Assembly (NCBI GenBank): GCA_963575745.1
Contig: CAUYUJ010000156.1
Location: forward strand, 1 to 64,000
Source of the DNA: Prorocentrum cordatum
Taxonomy: Eukaryota
Direction: 5' to 3'
Length of the DNA stretch: 64,000 bases
Part shown: piece by piece, positions 24,186-36,224 of the stretch
Numbering within the stretch: the stretch's first letter is position 1
Layout of the letters: the number at the start of each line of letters is the position of its first letter
Notes under the pieces: generated by a model
The model's input: the letters and a program-made list of their open reading frames with translations, nothing else
Told to the model about the DNA's origin: nothing
The model's database searches: none
Translations under genes and position numbers: made by a program

Positions 24186-25141
24186 TAAATCTCTTGCAAC
24201 ACTATGAGTGCGATGCCGAGCGCACCCGCAAAATGTCGTGGTGTTTCATCATGCTAGCAAAAACCTTGTTTTTTTCATGCCGCGTTGCTGCGCCTGTTCT
24301 AGCTTTGACATTCCTAGTTTTGTTTTCTGCCACGCCTCGGAGCTGATATAAGTATATGTATATATGTGATATATAGATGTGCGTGAAGTTATATATGTGT
24401 ATGTTTGTATACATATTTTCATATGTGCGCGACAGCCTAGACTTACACATTCTTTGTGTTTGATCATCCTGCCGTTTTCTTGAATTTCCTGTACAGCCAT
24501 TCGTACACCTGTAGTCTTGAGACAGTTGAATCTGGAGAATGGATCATGTCCATAATGAAGCTATCGGGCGATATTTCCTCAACATTATGTATCATGTGTG
24601 TAGTTGTGTGCAAACGATGCACGGATTGACAGCGGCTCCTATTGCAAAGCAGCCGTCGCTGGACACTCGCATGACCTGTATGATGCGCGTTCAGTATTGC
24701 TAGGTACATGCGTTATGTTGCGGCGCATTCGCCGTGAGAAAACATAGAGCCAAACTTATACAGGGCAGCTTTTTTATATATATATATATATAAAAAAAAA
24801 AAAAAAACGGAGCTCTCACCTGAACGACACCCATGGGGCTCGTCTTTCAAGGGGGTCGTTCCGCAGCGGTGACGAGTTAATGCATGGTCTTTCTGGGAAG
24901 TGGATTTAGGACGGGAGTGCGTGCAGCTTCGTTGGTGCAACCTTGGCTTGTTCTGGACCTTCTCCTCGTCTCTCCCCTCCTCCTCCTTCTCCCTCTCCCT
25001 GTCCTCCTTCCTCTCCCCCACCCCCCTCTCTCTATCTCTTGCTCCTCCTCGATCTTTTTGTTTCCTCTCTCTCTCTCTATGTCTCGTTGTCCCATTCCTT
25101 CTCCGCCCTCCTCCCTCCCCCCCGCCCTCCCGCCTGGGCAG

Positions 25142-25184
25142 GCCGCACATGGTCGTCGGCGGCCATTTCCTGTTTCAAAACCAG
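25142..25184 (+). CDS. Host-gene micro-exon (R-PHMVVGGHFLFQNQ)
   Basis: Pyrimidine tract then GCAG|G; CAG|GC donor; completes the split Arg codon (56+43=99 nt). Confidence 0.78.
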
Positions 25185-25244
25185 GCGCTCTGGGGCCAGA
25201 ACAAGCTATTCGCCACTGGTGCCTCCTTATCCGCCGTCCTCGTT

Positions 25245-25440
25245 TCGGGGGCGGTCAAGAGGGCGGTGATGAATTATAGGGAAGATGGGTATCATGACCG
25301 TGGCCGTGAGATCTGCCCAGACTTCTTTGCCCCCCCTGTTATTTCAATACGTCCTCTGGTCCTCCCCTTGCCGCGCATGTGCCTCGGGCCATGGTTTGCG
25401 ATCCACCCCTCTTGGGCGCCCCTCAATTGGACGCCTCCGA
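25245..25440. mobile_element. MITE-like element related to 3422-3614
   Basis: TCGGGGGCGGTCAAGAGGG...CCCCTCTTGGGCGCCCC...GGACGCCTCCGA; only GTT is shared by the flanks. Confidence 0.65.
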
Positions 25441-26800
25441 GTTCCCTGGGGTCGAGGAGAGAAAGATGCCGGAAAGGGGAGGAACGAGGAGGGATCACAG
25501 GGGGGAGAAGCGAGGAGGGAGGAGGACCAGGGGAGGGGGGAAGTAAGGGATGGAGGGAGGAGGAGCAAGACGAGGAGGAGGAGGAGGAAGGAAGCCAGGA
25601 GGGAGGGAGGAGGGGGAGGAAGGAGAAGGAGGCGGGGGGGAAGAAAGGAGGAGCACGAGTAAAAAGGAGGAAACACATGGAGGAGGAGGAGGAGGAGGAG
25701 GAGGAGGAGGAGGAGGAGGAGGAGGAGGAGGTGGAGGTGGAGGAGGAGGAGGAGGAGGAGGAGGGAGGAGGCATGTGAAGGAACCAAACCTCTTCGAGGG
25801 GCCGCCAGTCTTTGGGCCTCGGCCCAGCGGCCTTCTGGATGACATCAGTCCCATCTGCGGACGCTGTCGCGGCCCCCTCCAACTGCCACGTCAGGAATTG
25901 TGGCTTTGCGTGTCGTGCCGACAGTTCTGTCCCACTCCCCCTCGGCTCGACACGCTGAAAACGCACTGGTCGCCAAGCGCCCACGTCTCGAGCCTTTCTC
26001 CGCCTCCCGCCCCGCGGAGCGGAGCGGCAGATGCTTGCCATGAGAAGCATTGCGGCGGCCGGCTTCGAGCTCGCTTCGTGCTCTCAGGGATTCTTGAGCA
26101 GTTCGTGTCCGACTTTCGGAGGAAGGAGAAGCGACTCCACCACCACGAGCGGGCCACCTCCAGCGAGGAGGTCCACAACGCCTCCCCGAGCGGAAGACTG
26201 GACATGTCCTGGGCGGAACGCTGCAAAACAGAGGGATGGCACCACTAGAGGACCCTGCCTGGCTGTTGCCCCTGGTGGCGGTAGTGGTGTCGTCTTCCAT
26301 TTGCCTATGGACTTGTCCGCATTTCGCCCTCGTCTTGTGCGCCGAGTTGGTGTATCCCCGATAGTCCACACCCTTTTCCGCAAGGTCAGTTCTTCATCCC
26401 GAGCCCTTTTTTGCGGTCCTGGGGCCTGGCGAGGGCTCCCAAAGGGCTGGAAACGACGAAAGACTTCCGAGCTGGATCGTTTTTGTGTCAGTGCGTTGGA
26501 GTCTTCGTTTGCACCCTGCCCGTGTCCTGGGGGCCGACGGTGCCGAGCTGGTGTGTGCGGTGCTTAGGATGCAATTCCTCTGAGGTTAACATCAGCAGTG
26601 GTACTGGTAGATCCGTGGCCGAAAACTGGCCTAATCCGGAATAGCCTCGCTGAATCTAGCTTCTGGCTTAATCCCAAGCCTGATTTGGCTTAATCTGAAT
26701 TGAGCTTCACTTGGCCGAGTCTAACGGTCGTTGCTCAAAATCACAAAGACCTCCCAGCAGTTGCCTCCGAACGTTGCCCCCCCCCCCCCACTCTCCGAAG

Positions 26801-26869
26801 GCCTTCCGTGGCAGCCTCAAGGACGTCAAGGTCTGGGGGCAGGAGCTCCCGTGGCCGGCGCCTCAGGAG
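26801..26869 (+). CDS. Host-gene exon completing the LamG-like domain (AFRGSLKDVKVWGQELPWPAPQE); 3' end uncertain
   Basis: GAAG|G acceptor after a C-tract; FxGxLxDVKVW resembles the final LamG strands. Confidence 0.78.
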
Positions 26870-27105
26870 GACCGCACCCGCGCTGCTTCAGAGTTGCTGT
26901 TGGCTGCTGCCCTCCTCCTGCCGCTGCTCTCCCTCCCCCCCTTCCTCCCTCTCTCTTTTTTTTTTTGTTCTCTCTCTCTCTCTCTCTCCTCTTATTGTAG
27001 TGGCCTTCGGCCAGTGCCGCCGATCCGGGGCGCTCCGACTGATGTGATCCTGCTTCGCCCTCGTCCCTCCTCTCTTTTTCCCTCCCCTCCTCTCACTCAG
27101 CATTT

Positions 27106-30080
27106 ATCGAAGACGCCTACGGCGAATCACCGCCGCCCCCTGCCTTTTTGGAAACGCCGATGTGGCCGAAAGTTGGACTAGAGCTTGGCCAAGCTATCGG
27201 ACCATGAGTTCCCCGAGTCGGTTTGGAAAGCTTTCGGGGAACACATGGGAGAGAATGATTATGAACAGGAAGAGGAAGAGGAAGAAATAGAGTAGGAGGA
27301 TGAGGGTTGTTAGGAGTCTCTTGGGGCACCCTTGGGGTCTGTTGGGGGCTTCTTGGGGGCCTCTTCGAGGCCTCTTGGAGGCATCTTGGGGGCCTCCTTG
27401 GGCCTCTTGGGGGCCTTTGGGGGCTTCCTGGGGGTCTCTTTGGCCGTCTTAGGGCGTTCCTGGTCCGTCTGACGCCGTCTGGAGCCGTCTTGGGGGCCTC
27501 TCTGGGCCGTCTTGGGGCCCTCTTGGGGCGCTTCAGGGCCGTCTTGGAGGCCATGTTGGGCGTCTTGGAGGCTCTTGGGCCGTCTTGGGGCGCTCTTGGG
27601 GCCGTCTTGGGGGGCCCTTGGGCCGTCATAGGGCCTTCTTGGAGGCCTCTTGGGCGATCTTGGGGGCCTCTTGGGCCGTCGGAAGGCCGAAAAGAAGAAA
27701 ACGCAAAAAACCTTCAAAAACCTAAGGAAAACCAATGATTTTGGCCTCTTCGGGCTCTCCTGGAGAACGTCTTGGAGGCCTCTTGGGCCATCTTGGAGGC
27801 ATCTTGGGGCCATCTTGGCCGTCTTGGAGGGCATCTTGGGCCGTCTTGGAGCCATCTTACCCGTCTTGGAGGCCATCTTGGCCGTCTTGGAGGCATCTTG
27901 GAGGCCATCTTGGGCCATCTTGGCCGTCTTGGAGGCCATCTTGGGCCAAGTTGGGGCAACAAAGGCATTGACAGACGGATTTGGGGAAAATTACGGGTGG
28001 CCGGCGGGACGGGCCGAAGCCCACTGGGGATCCGCCGCCCCCTGTGGTCTTGCCACAGGGGTGCACGGCGTGCTGGACGTTTCAGGTTTTGGTTTTGGTT
28101 CTTTTTCTAAAAGAACTCTCCAGTGGGCTTCGGCCCGTCCCGCCGGCCACCCGCAAGTTTCCGAAAATCCGTCTGTCAATGCCTTTGTTGCCCCAACTTG
28201 GCCCAAGATGGCCTCCAAGACGGCCAAGATGGCCCAAGATGGCCTCCAAGATGCCTCCCAGACGGCCAAGATGGCCTCCAAGACGGGTAAGATGGCTCCA
28301 AGATGCCTCCAAGACGGCCCAAGATGCCCTCCAAGACGGCCAAGATGGCCCCAAGATGCCTCCAAGATGGCCCAAGAGGCCTCCAAGACGTTCTCCAGGA
28401 GAGCCCGAAGAGGCCAAAATCATTGGTTTTCCTTAGGTTTTTCAAGTTTTTTTGCGTTTTCTTCTTTTCGGCCTTCCGACGGCCCAAGAGGCCCCCAAGA
28501 TCGCCCAAGAGGCCTCCAAGAAGGCCCTATGACGGCCCAAGGGCCCCCCAAGACGGCCCCAAGAGCGCCCCAAGACGGCCCAAGAGGCCTCCAAGACGCC
28601 CAACATGGCCTCCAAGACGGCCCTGAAGCGCCCCAAGAGGGCCCCAAGACGGCCCAGAGAGGCCCCCAAGACGGCTCCAGACGGCGTCAGACGGACCAGG
28701 AACGCCCTAAGACGGCCAAAGAGACCCCCAGGAAGCCCCCAAAGGCCCCCAAGAGGCCCAAGGAGGCCCCCAAGATGCCTCCAAGAGGCCTCGAAGAGGC
28801 CCCCAAGAAGCCCCCAACAGACCCCAAGGGTGCCCCAAGAGACTCCTAACAACCCTCATCCTCCTACTCTATTTCTTCCTCTTCCTCTTCCTGTTCATAA
28901 TCATTCTCTCCCATGTGTTCCCCGAAAGCTTTCCAAACCGACTCGGGGAACTCATGGTCCGATAGCTTGGCCAAGCTCTAATCCAACTTTCGGCCACATC
29001 GGCGTCTCCAAAAAGGCAGGGGGCGGCGGTGTTTCGCCGTAGGCGTCTTCGATTAAAAGAACTCCCCAGTGGGCTTCGGCCGTCCGCCGGCCACCCGTAA
29101 GTTTCCCAAAATCCGTCTGTCAATGCCTTTGTTGCCCCAACTTGGCCCAAGATGGCCTCCAAGACGGCCAAGATGGCCCAAGATGGCCTCCAAGATGCCT
29201 CCCAGACGCCAAGATGGCCTCCAAGACGGGTAAGATGGCTCCAAGATGCCTCCAAGACGGCCCAAGATGCCCTCCAAGACGGCCAAGATGGCCCCAAGAT
29301 GCCTCCAAGATGGCCCAAGAGGCCTCCAAGACGTTCTCCAGGAGAGCCCGAAGAGGCCAAAATCATTGGTTTTCCTTAGGTTTTTGAAGGTTTTTTGCGT
29401 TTTCTTCTTTTCGGCCTTCCGACGGCCCAAGAGGCCCCCAAGATCGCCCAAGAGGCCTCCAAGAAGGCCCTATGACGGCCCAAGGGCCCCCCAAGACGGC
29501 CCCAAGAGCGCCCCAAGACGGCCCAAGAGGCCTCCAAGACGCCCAACATGGCCTCCAAGACGGCCCTGAAGCGCCCCAAGAGGGCCCCAAGACGGCCCAG
29601 AGAGGCCCCCAAGACGGCTCCAGACGGCGTCAGACGGACCAGGAACGCCCTAAGACGGCCAAAGAGACCCCCAGGAAGCCCCCAAAGGCCCCCAAGAGGC
29701 CCAAGGAGGCCCCCAAGATGCCTCCAAGAGGCCTCGAAGAGGCCCCCAAGAAGCCCCCAACAGACCCCAAGGGTGCCCCAAGAGACTCCTAACAACCCTC
29801 ATCCTCCTACTCTATTTCTTCCTCTTCCTCTTCCTGTTCATAATCATTCTCTCCCATGTGTTCCCCGAAAGCTTTCCAAACCGACTCGGGAACTCATGGT
29901 CCGATAGCTTGGCCAAGCTCTAGTCCAACTTTCGGCCACATCGGCGTTTCCAAAAAGGCAGGGGGCGGCGGTGATTCGCCGTAGGCGTCTTCGGTTCTTT
30001 TAGAAAAAGAACCAAAACCAAAACCTGAAACATCCAGCACGCCGTGCACCCCTGCAAGCAGGGGGCGGCGGATCCAGTGG
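27106..30080. mobile_element. Cluster of a ~940 bp satellite-containing element: one inverted copy (27106-28028), two tandem copies (28109-29053, 29054-29993) and two ~85 bp hairpin modules
   Basis: Near-identical unique ends around a CCAAGATGGCCT satellite; 28029-28117 is close to the reverse complement of 29994-30074. Confidence 0.85.
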
Positions 30081-30539
30081 CCGTCGGCCTATCCCGCCAC
30101 CGTGCGTGGGTGGTGGGTCAGAGGCCTCATGGATGCTGGTTGGGATCTCGTGGTTGGCTGGGACTTCTGGGGGCCTCTTGGGCGCCTCTTGGGGCTTCTT
30201 GGGGGCCTCTTGGGCCTCTTGGGGCCACTAGAGGGCCTCTTGGGGGTCTCTTGGGAGCCTCTTGGGGCTTCTTGGGGGCCTCTTCTGCGCCCCTTGGGGC
30301 CTCTTGGAGGCCTCCTCGGAGCCTCTTGGTGCGGGAGGGGTGGTACTCGAGTTCGGAACCCCCTCGGAGGCCACGATCCTTGTGAGGGGTGTCAAAAAAC
30401 GCATCCGCCGGAAACTCGCACCCCCCCCCCACCCCCCTTTCCCCGGCAGAGCCACCCCGGCAACCCCCCCAGAGGCTGAGGCTCAGCCTCGAGGCTGTAG
30501 CTGAGACTCCTTGAAACTCACACGCCGGATCGGCGGATT

Positions 30540-31140
30540 TCCTCCTTCCCTCCTCCGGCCACTCCCCCTCCTCCTCTTCATCCTCCTCGACTCCTCCTCC
30601 TCCTTCTCCTCCTTCTCGTCCTCCTCCTCCCTCTCCTCCTCCCCCTCCTCCTCCTCCTCGACTCCTCCTGGTCCTCCCTCCTCCTCCTCCTCCTCCTCCT
30701 CCTGTTCCTCTTCCTCCTCCTCCTCCTCCTCCGTCCTCCTCCTCCTCCTCCTCCTCCGACTCCTCCTCCTCCTGTCCCTCCTGCCTCCTCCCCTCCCCCT
30801 CCCTCCTCCTCCTCCTCCTCCTCCTTGTCCTCCTCCTCCTCCTCCTCCGCCTCCCTCTCCTCCTCCTCCCCCTCCTCCTCTCCTCCTCCTTTTCCTCCTC
30901 CTCCCCTCCTCCTCCTCCTCCTCCTCCGCCTCCCTCTCCTCCTCCTCCTCCTCCTCCTCCATCCTCCTCCTCCTCTCCTCCTCCTCCTCCTCCTCCTCCC
31001 TCCTCCCTCCCTCCTCCTCCTCCTCCTCCTCCTCCTCCTCCTCCTCCCCTCCTCCTCCTCCTCCTCCTCCTCCTCCTCCTCCTCCTCCTCCTCCTCCTCC
31101 TCCTCCTCCTCCTCCTCCTCCTCCTCCTCCTCCTCTCCCC
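30540..31140. repeat. (CCT)n microsatellite
   Basis: Direct reading. Confidence 0.97.
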
Positions 31141-31143
31141 CCA

Positions 31144-31165
31144 TCCGTAGCCGTTTTGGCCCGAG
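31144..31165 (+). other. Relict dinoflagellate spliced leader
   Basis: TCCGTAGCCGTTTTGGCCCGAG versus DCCGTAGCCATTTTGGCTCAAG, 19/22; no GT after it. Confidence 0.75.
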
Positions 31166-31276
31166 AGCTACAGAGCCTCCCAGGGGCTCCTGGCGGCTGC
31201 GCGCGCCTGCCCGCGAGCGGGACCCATTGCGACGGCGACGCTGGCCGTGTCATAGTGGCGCGCCTCTTCGGTAACG

Positions 31277-31624
31277 GAGGCTGAGTCCATACGGAGTACA
31301 GTCGGGGCGCTGAAGAAGGAACCCTTTTTCGTCGGGGAGGGGCTCCGTGTTCCTTAATTGTTTTACAGCTTGCGTGAGGTTTTCATTAGGTTTCGATGGG
31401 GAATCAAAGTTTGACTTATGGAAAAAAGGGGCCTCGTTCCTTATTTAGGGTTCCTTAGGTCAACGCCCCGACGGTAGGTCCATACGTAGCGCTCGATCTC
31501 CGTATGGACTTACTCCGTCTGGACGCAGCCTCTCCCGACAGGAGTCCACGTCCACACGGAGTATGTCCATACGGAGTGCCCGGTCCCCGTACGGATTTAC
31601 CCCGTCTGGACTCAGCCTCTCCTG
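31277..31624. repeat. Two adjacent palindromic GTCCATACGGAGTA elements; the first is split by the TA MITE
   Basis: Arms GAGGCTGAGTCCATACGGAGTA(GGTCCATACG) and CGTATGGACTTACTCCGTCTGGACGCAGCCTC; second unit 31539-31624. Confidence 0.75.
31299..31474. mobile_element. 176-bp MITE with TA TSD (Tc1/mariner-like)
   Basis: TA|CAGTCGGGGCGCTG...CAACGCCCCGACGG|TA; same-length homologue at 35162-35337 and its two copies. Confidence 0.88.
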
Positions 31625-32507
31625 ACTTCTACCTGCGCTTCTCGCACCTCTGCGTGAGTCCCTGGGAGGGGAGGCGGGGGGGGAGCTCTGGTGGGCGGGG
31701 GACCGGAAGATGTCGTCGCGCCTGACATACAGGTCCTCGCTGAGGACTGCGTGCCCATAGGGGTGTCCGTCGGCCAGTGCAGTTTGTGTACTGTGAGCCT
31801 TGGAGGGGCTCGCATCCTGAGACGCTTGGTTTCGAAGGGACCCACGCAGAGTACAGGCAAGTTTTTTGTTCGGGCTCCGAGGTCGTCAGCTTGGCAGGGA
31901 CTCCACGAGGATCTTCTCTGCTCTGCTCTGCGTGGGTGCTGCTGCGTGCAGTGCTGCTGCCCCGGGCTGCAGAGATCATGGGCTGCTGCCTCCGCTGCGA
32001 GGGGGCCCCGCTGCGCGCCGAACCGGAGGGACGCCGCCGCGTGCGGGGTTTGCCTGGCGCGCTGCTTCCCACCGCCCATCGTGCTCCAGGGAAGGCCTTC
32101 GTGGAAAGCGGATGTTGTCGATAGGGCTGACGTGAAGCGCATGGCCCATGGAGAAGCCCATCGCCGTTCGCTCGATTGGTTGTTTTTGGCGCCTGTTTCA
32201 AGCAGGTGGAGTCCCCCCCATAGGACAGGACGCACTGTTTCACACAGTCGCGCTAGGCAGATGTCCTGAGCCAGACCCCCCCTTCCGCCCAATGTTCACC
32301 GCCCACCAAACCACTCCAACCCAACCCGAAGGCCTCGATTTGCCCTTCATTTCCAGTGAGGGGGGCGGAAAACATTGAACAAACACATGAAGCCCGTACC
32401 CCCCCTCAACCCGAAATTCGGGTCTTGGGGTCAGGTTGGGCTGGTCTCGGTGGCAATCCCTCCTCCCCCCTCCGCCCAATGTCGAAACGCCGAGTAAGAA
32501 AACGCGT

Positions 32508-32996
<489 letters not shown>

Positions 32997-33976
32997 CGCG
33001 ACGATGATGAGCGCGGGCCGGCGACCATCGTCGGCGGCGAGCCGTCCGCTGCGGGGCGCCGCTTGGGTCCCCGCTCTCGAGGCTGGGCCCACTGCACGAC
33101 AGCTCGCCGCCCGCAGCCGCTCTGGGCCCGGCCACCCCTGTCGTGATTCCTGCTTGTCGGCAGGCTTCCTCCGGCAGGGAGTCCACGAGCCTATGGGGGG
33201 CTAGGTGGAACTGCCCCTCTCCCTGCTGCTTCCTTTTCTCTGGGAAGCCAACAGTGACATAGTCATGAACTTTCGGATGTCAGCGTGCATTTCTCGGATC
33301 GGCGTCGGACCCCCCTTCCCGCGGAGCGCGCCAGCGGCGGCGCCGGAGGCGCCGCCAGAGGGTCCCAGCGCCGATCCAAGAAATCTGCGCGGACCTCCAG
33401 GGTTTTCTGTGTATGGTTCTGTTTGTGCCCCGAGTCCCTTTTTTAGGGGGGGGGACGCGCTGTGCTTGCAAGACCTGCCTCATTTGGTGTAGCTCGCGCC
33501 GGGTTTGCCACGACGACAGTCATGAGCAGGTGTGGAGTCGCAGGCATCAGGAGGGTGTGAGAGGGCCCACCCAAGTTGGGGGTTCGACTCTCTGCGCAAC
33601 CCCCTCCGGCCTGCGAGCCGAAGCCCCTGAAACCAGGTCGAAGTGAGACAAGCCTCTGATGGCTGCACCCGGCCGCCTTCGCGGGCGGGCGCGCGCGCAA
33701 GCTGGCGGCGCTGCAGCGCAGCGAGGAGACGAGGACTAGGAAGAGGAGGGGAAGGGAGGGGAAGAGAGGAGGAAGGAGACGAGGAGGAAGAGAGGAGGAA
33801 GAGCGGAGACGAGGAGGCGCAGCGAGGAGACGAGGAGAAGAGAGGGGAGGGAGGAGGACGAGGACGAGGACGAGGACGGGAGGCGACCGCTGCGCACGGC
33901 GCGCGGCGAGAAGAGCGCACGGGGCGAGGTCTCGGCCGCGGGGCGCAGAGCTCCGCCTTTGCCTCACGTCGGGCCC

Positions 33977-34257
33977 GTCCCTCTGCAGGGGGGATGTTCA
34001 AAGATAGCAACAAAAATACTCTGGGGACGATGTCTTGAGCATTTGTGTTGGTCATTTGGGGGTATTTGGGGGGCATTTGGGGTCCTTTTGTCCTCATTTT
34101 GGGGCAGTTTTGGGGTATTTTGGGGGTATTTTTGATTTTGGGGCATTTTTGCTGCACCTTTTGATATTTGGGGGTACTTTTGAGTATTTGTTGATCCTGT
34201 TGGGGGTATTTTTGGGGTACTTTTGCTTTTTCGTCCAAAATCCCCCTGCAGGGGGAC
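33977..34257. mobile_element. TIR element with G/T-skewed interior (also in units 2 and 3)
   Basis: GTCCCTCTGCAGGGGGGAT...ATCCCCCTGCAGGGGGAC; interior of degenerate TTTTGGGG(TA) units. Confidence 0.75.
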
Positions 34258-34319
34258 AGGCTCGACTCAGGCCTTGCCCCCCTGGGCCCCCCCCCGCCTC
34301 CCCCCGCGCACGGCGCGAG

Positions 34320-34430
34320 GAGGAGGCGCCGGCGCCCGGCGCGGCGGCGGAGGGCGCCGCCCCCGAGCCGGGCGAGGGCGCCGCCGCCGCGGGGGAGGGC
34401 GGCGCGGTCGCGGAGAGCGACGGCGCGGAG
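34320..34430 (+). CDS. Candidate phase-0 exon, Ala/Glu/Gly-rich (copies 41962-42072, 49607-49717)
   Basis: GCGAG|G acceptor and GAG|GC donor; 111 nt; GC-rich third positions. Confidence 0.5.
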
Positions 34431-34680
34431 GCGCCCCCTGGGCGTGGGAAAAGAGGGAGGGGCAGGCCCAGAGCAGTGCTTATGCATGTATTGTGCACTT
34501 GTCAAGCGCCATGCAAGTCACCTTACCAGCGTCCGGAAGAACGCACCCGCGCGTCTCCTCCTCCTCCTCCTCCTCCTCCTCCTCCTCCTCCTCCTCCTCC
34601 TCCTCCTCCTCCTCCTCCTCCTCCTCCTGCGCCTCCTGCTCCTCCCTGCCTGACCTCCCCCCCGCCCCCTTTCCCCGGAG

Positions 34681-34788
34681 GACTCCGCCCCGCCGCCCGA
34701 GCTGGAGCAGCCGCCGGCCTCCCCGGAGGCGCTGGCTGGCACTCCTGCCGCCGCGGCGGAGGAGGCCGCCGCACAAGGGGACGGCCAG
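34681..34788 (+). CDS. Candidate phase-0 exon DSAPPPELEQ...AQGDGQ (copies 42323-42430, 49968-50075)
   Basis: CTGAC, pyrimidine tract, then GAG|G; donor CAG|GCGCTC identical to that of exon 25142-25184; 108 nt. Confidence 0.55.
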
Positions 34789-35161
34789 GCGCTCTTCCTC
34801 GCCCCTCCCTCGACCCCGATTTGTTCATTATTCTTTTTCATGGTTCTTCCTCTTCTTCTTCTTCTTATTATTATTATTATTCTTCCTCTTCCTCTTTCTC
34901 TTCCTCCCTCCCTTCTCCCTCCCTCTCCTTCCTCCTCGGCCTCCTCTTCCCCCTCCTCCACGAGCCTCCTCCCTCTCGTCCTCCTCCTCGTCCTCCTTCC
35001 CTTCCTCCCTCCTTCCCTTCCTGTCCCCCCTGTCCTCGAGGCCCGCGTCCATGCATGTTCCTTCTGGACGGCTCCTCTTGGTCGCACACCGAGGCCAATC
35101 GAAAGGGCGGGCTGGGCGTTGGGCCTGAGACTTCCTCACCAATTCTGACCCTGAAGCTTTA

Positions 35162-35337
35162 CAGTCGGGGCCCTGGAGAAGGAACCCTTTTGGTTGGGGA
35201 GGGGCTCCGCGTTCCTTAAGTGTTTCACAGCTTGCCTCAGGTTTTCCTTATGTTTTCGATGGGAAATCGAAGGTTAACTTATGGAAAAAAGGGACCTCGT
35301 TCCTTATTTGGGGTTCCTTAGGCCAACGCCCCGACGG
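35162..35337. mobile_element. 176-bp TA-flanked MITE (also in units 2 and 3)
   Basis: Homologue of 31299-31474 with TA on both sides. Confidence 0.88.
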
Positions 35338-35344
35338 TAATTGA

Positions 35345-35775
35345 CAGCAGCTTCACAGACGGAGGGCGGGTCGCTTCCAACATGTGGCTCTCGCCTCAGC
35401 GTCGCTCGCATTCGTCATGCGCATCGGCAAGGGTTTCACTGATTGTGGGCGGGCAGTTTTCCAGAGTGTGGCTCCTGCCTTAGCGCCGCGCCCACCCGTT
35501 TCAGGCATGTCCTAGAGCTTCACGGGTTGAGGGCAGGTGGTGTTCAACATGTGGTTCTCGCATTAGTGCCGCGCGCATTCGTGTCAAACATGCGTAAGCG
35601 TTTCGCTGATTGATGGAGGTTCCTTCTCAACATGTGGCTATCGCCTCAGCGCCGCGCACCTCCACGTCAAACATCTGCAAGAGCTGCACGGATTGAGGGT
35701 GGCTCCTTTTCAACATGTGGCTCTCACCTTAGCGCCGCGCACATTCGTCTTCAAAATTGCCAAGAGTTTCACGGA
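35345..35775. repeat. ~83-bp tandem repeat, 5 units (also in units 2 and 3)
   Basis: CAACATGTGG recurs at ~35379, 35545, 35628 and 35712, with a variant at ~35462. Confidence 0.9.
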
Positions 35776-36224
35776 TTCCCATGGTCAACGTGTCAGAAAT
35801 AAGGTTTTGGATATACTCTGGTTTGTGAGGGTGCATCAGTTATGTTAATTCGTGGTGAAGTCCTAGGAATGGTTTCTGGCACGGTTCCGGATCGTCAAGA
35901 CGCAACAGCCATGTTGATTCGTGGCGTTGGAGTCCCGAGAATGTTGTTTTGGCACGCTCCAGGGTCATCAAACGGTTGTCTCCCAACGAGGCGGTTCCCA
36001 CAGTGGAGATGAACCCTTTTGGGGGCCTCTGAAGAGGGAGCTTGGAGGAAGGCTTTATTCCAACATCGTTGATGGGTCTTGGGTTCACGCTGGTCCTCCT
36101 CCTCCTTCTCCTCATCGTCCTCCTCCTTTCTTCCCCTCCTCTCTCCCCCTTCTCCTCCTGCTCCTCCTCCTTCCCTGCTCCTCCGTCTCCTCTCCCTCCT
36201 CCTCCTCCTCCTTCTCCTCCTCCG

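Noticed and set aside
18829..24346. Mucin-like or PAQP-rich proteins
   Set aside because: Translations of a 12-mer minisatellite, open on both strands.
27117..29907. MASKTAKMAQDG-type proteins
   Set aside because: Translations of the CCAAGATGGCCT satellite.
31144..31165. Functional SL RNA gene
   Set aside because: Three mismatches and no GT donor after the 22-mer; treated as a relic.
34050..34225. Telomeric TTTTGGGG repeats
   Set aside because: Irregular, internal and bounded by TIRs.
35345..35775. CRISPR or tRNA array from 83-bp periodicity
   Set aside because: Similarity extends across the unit; no cloverleaf seen.
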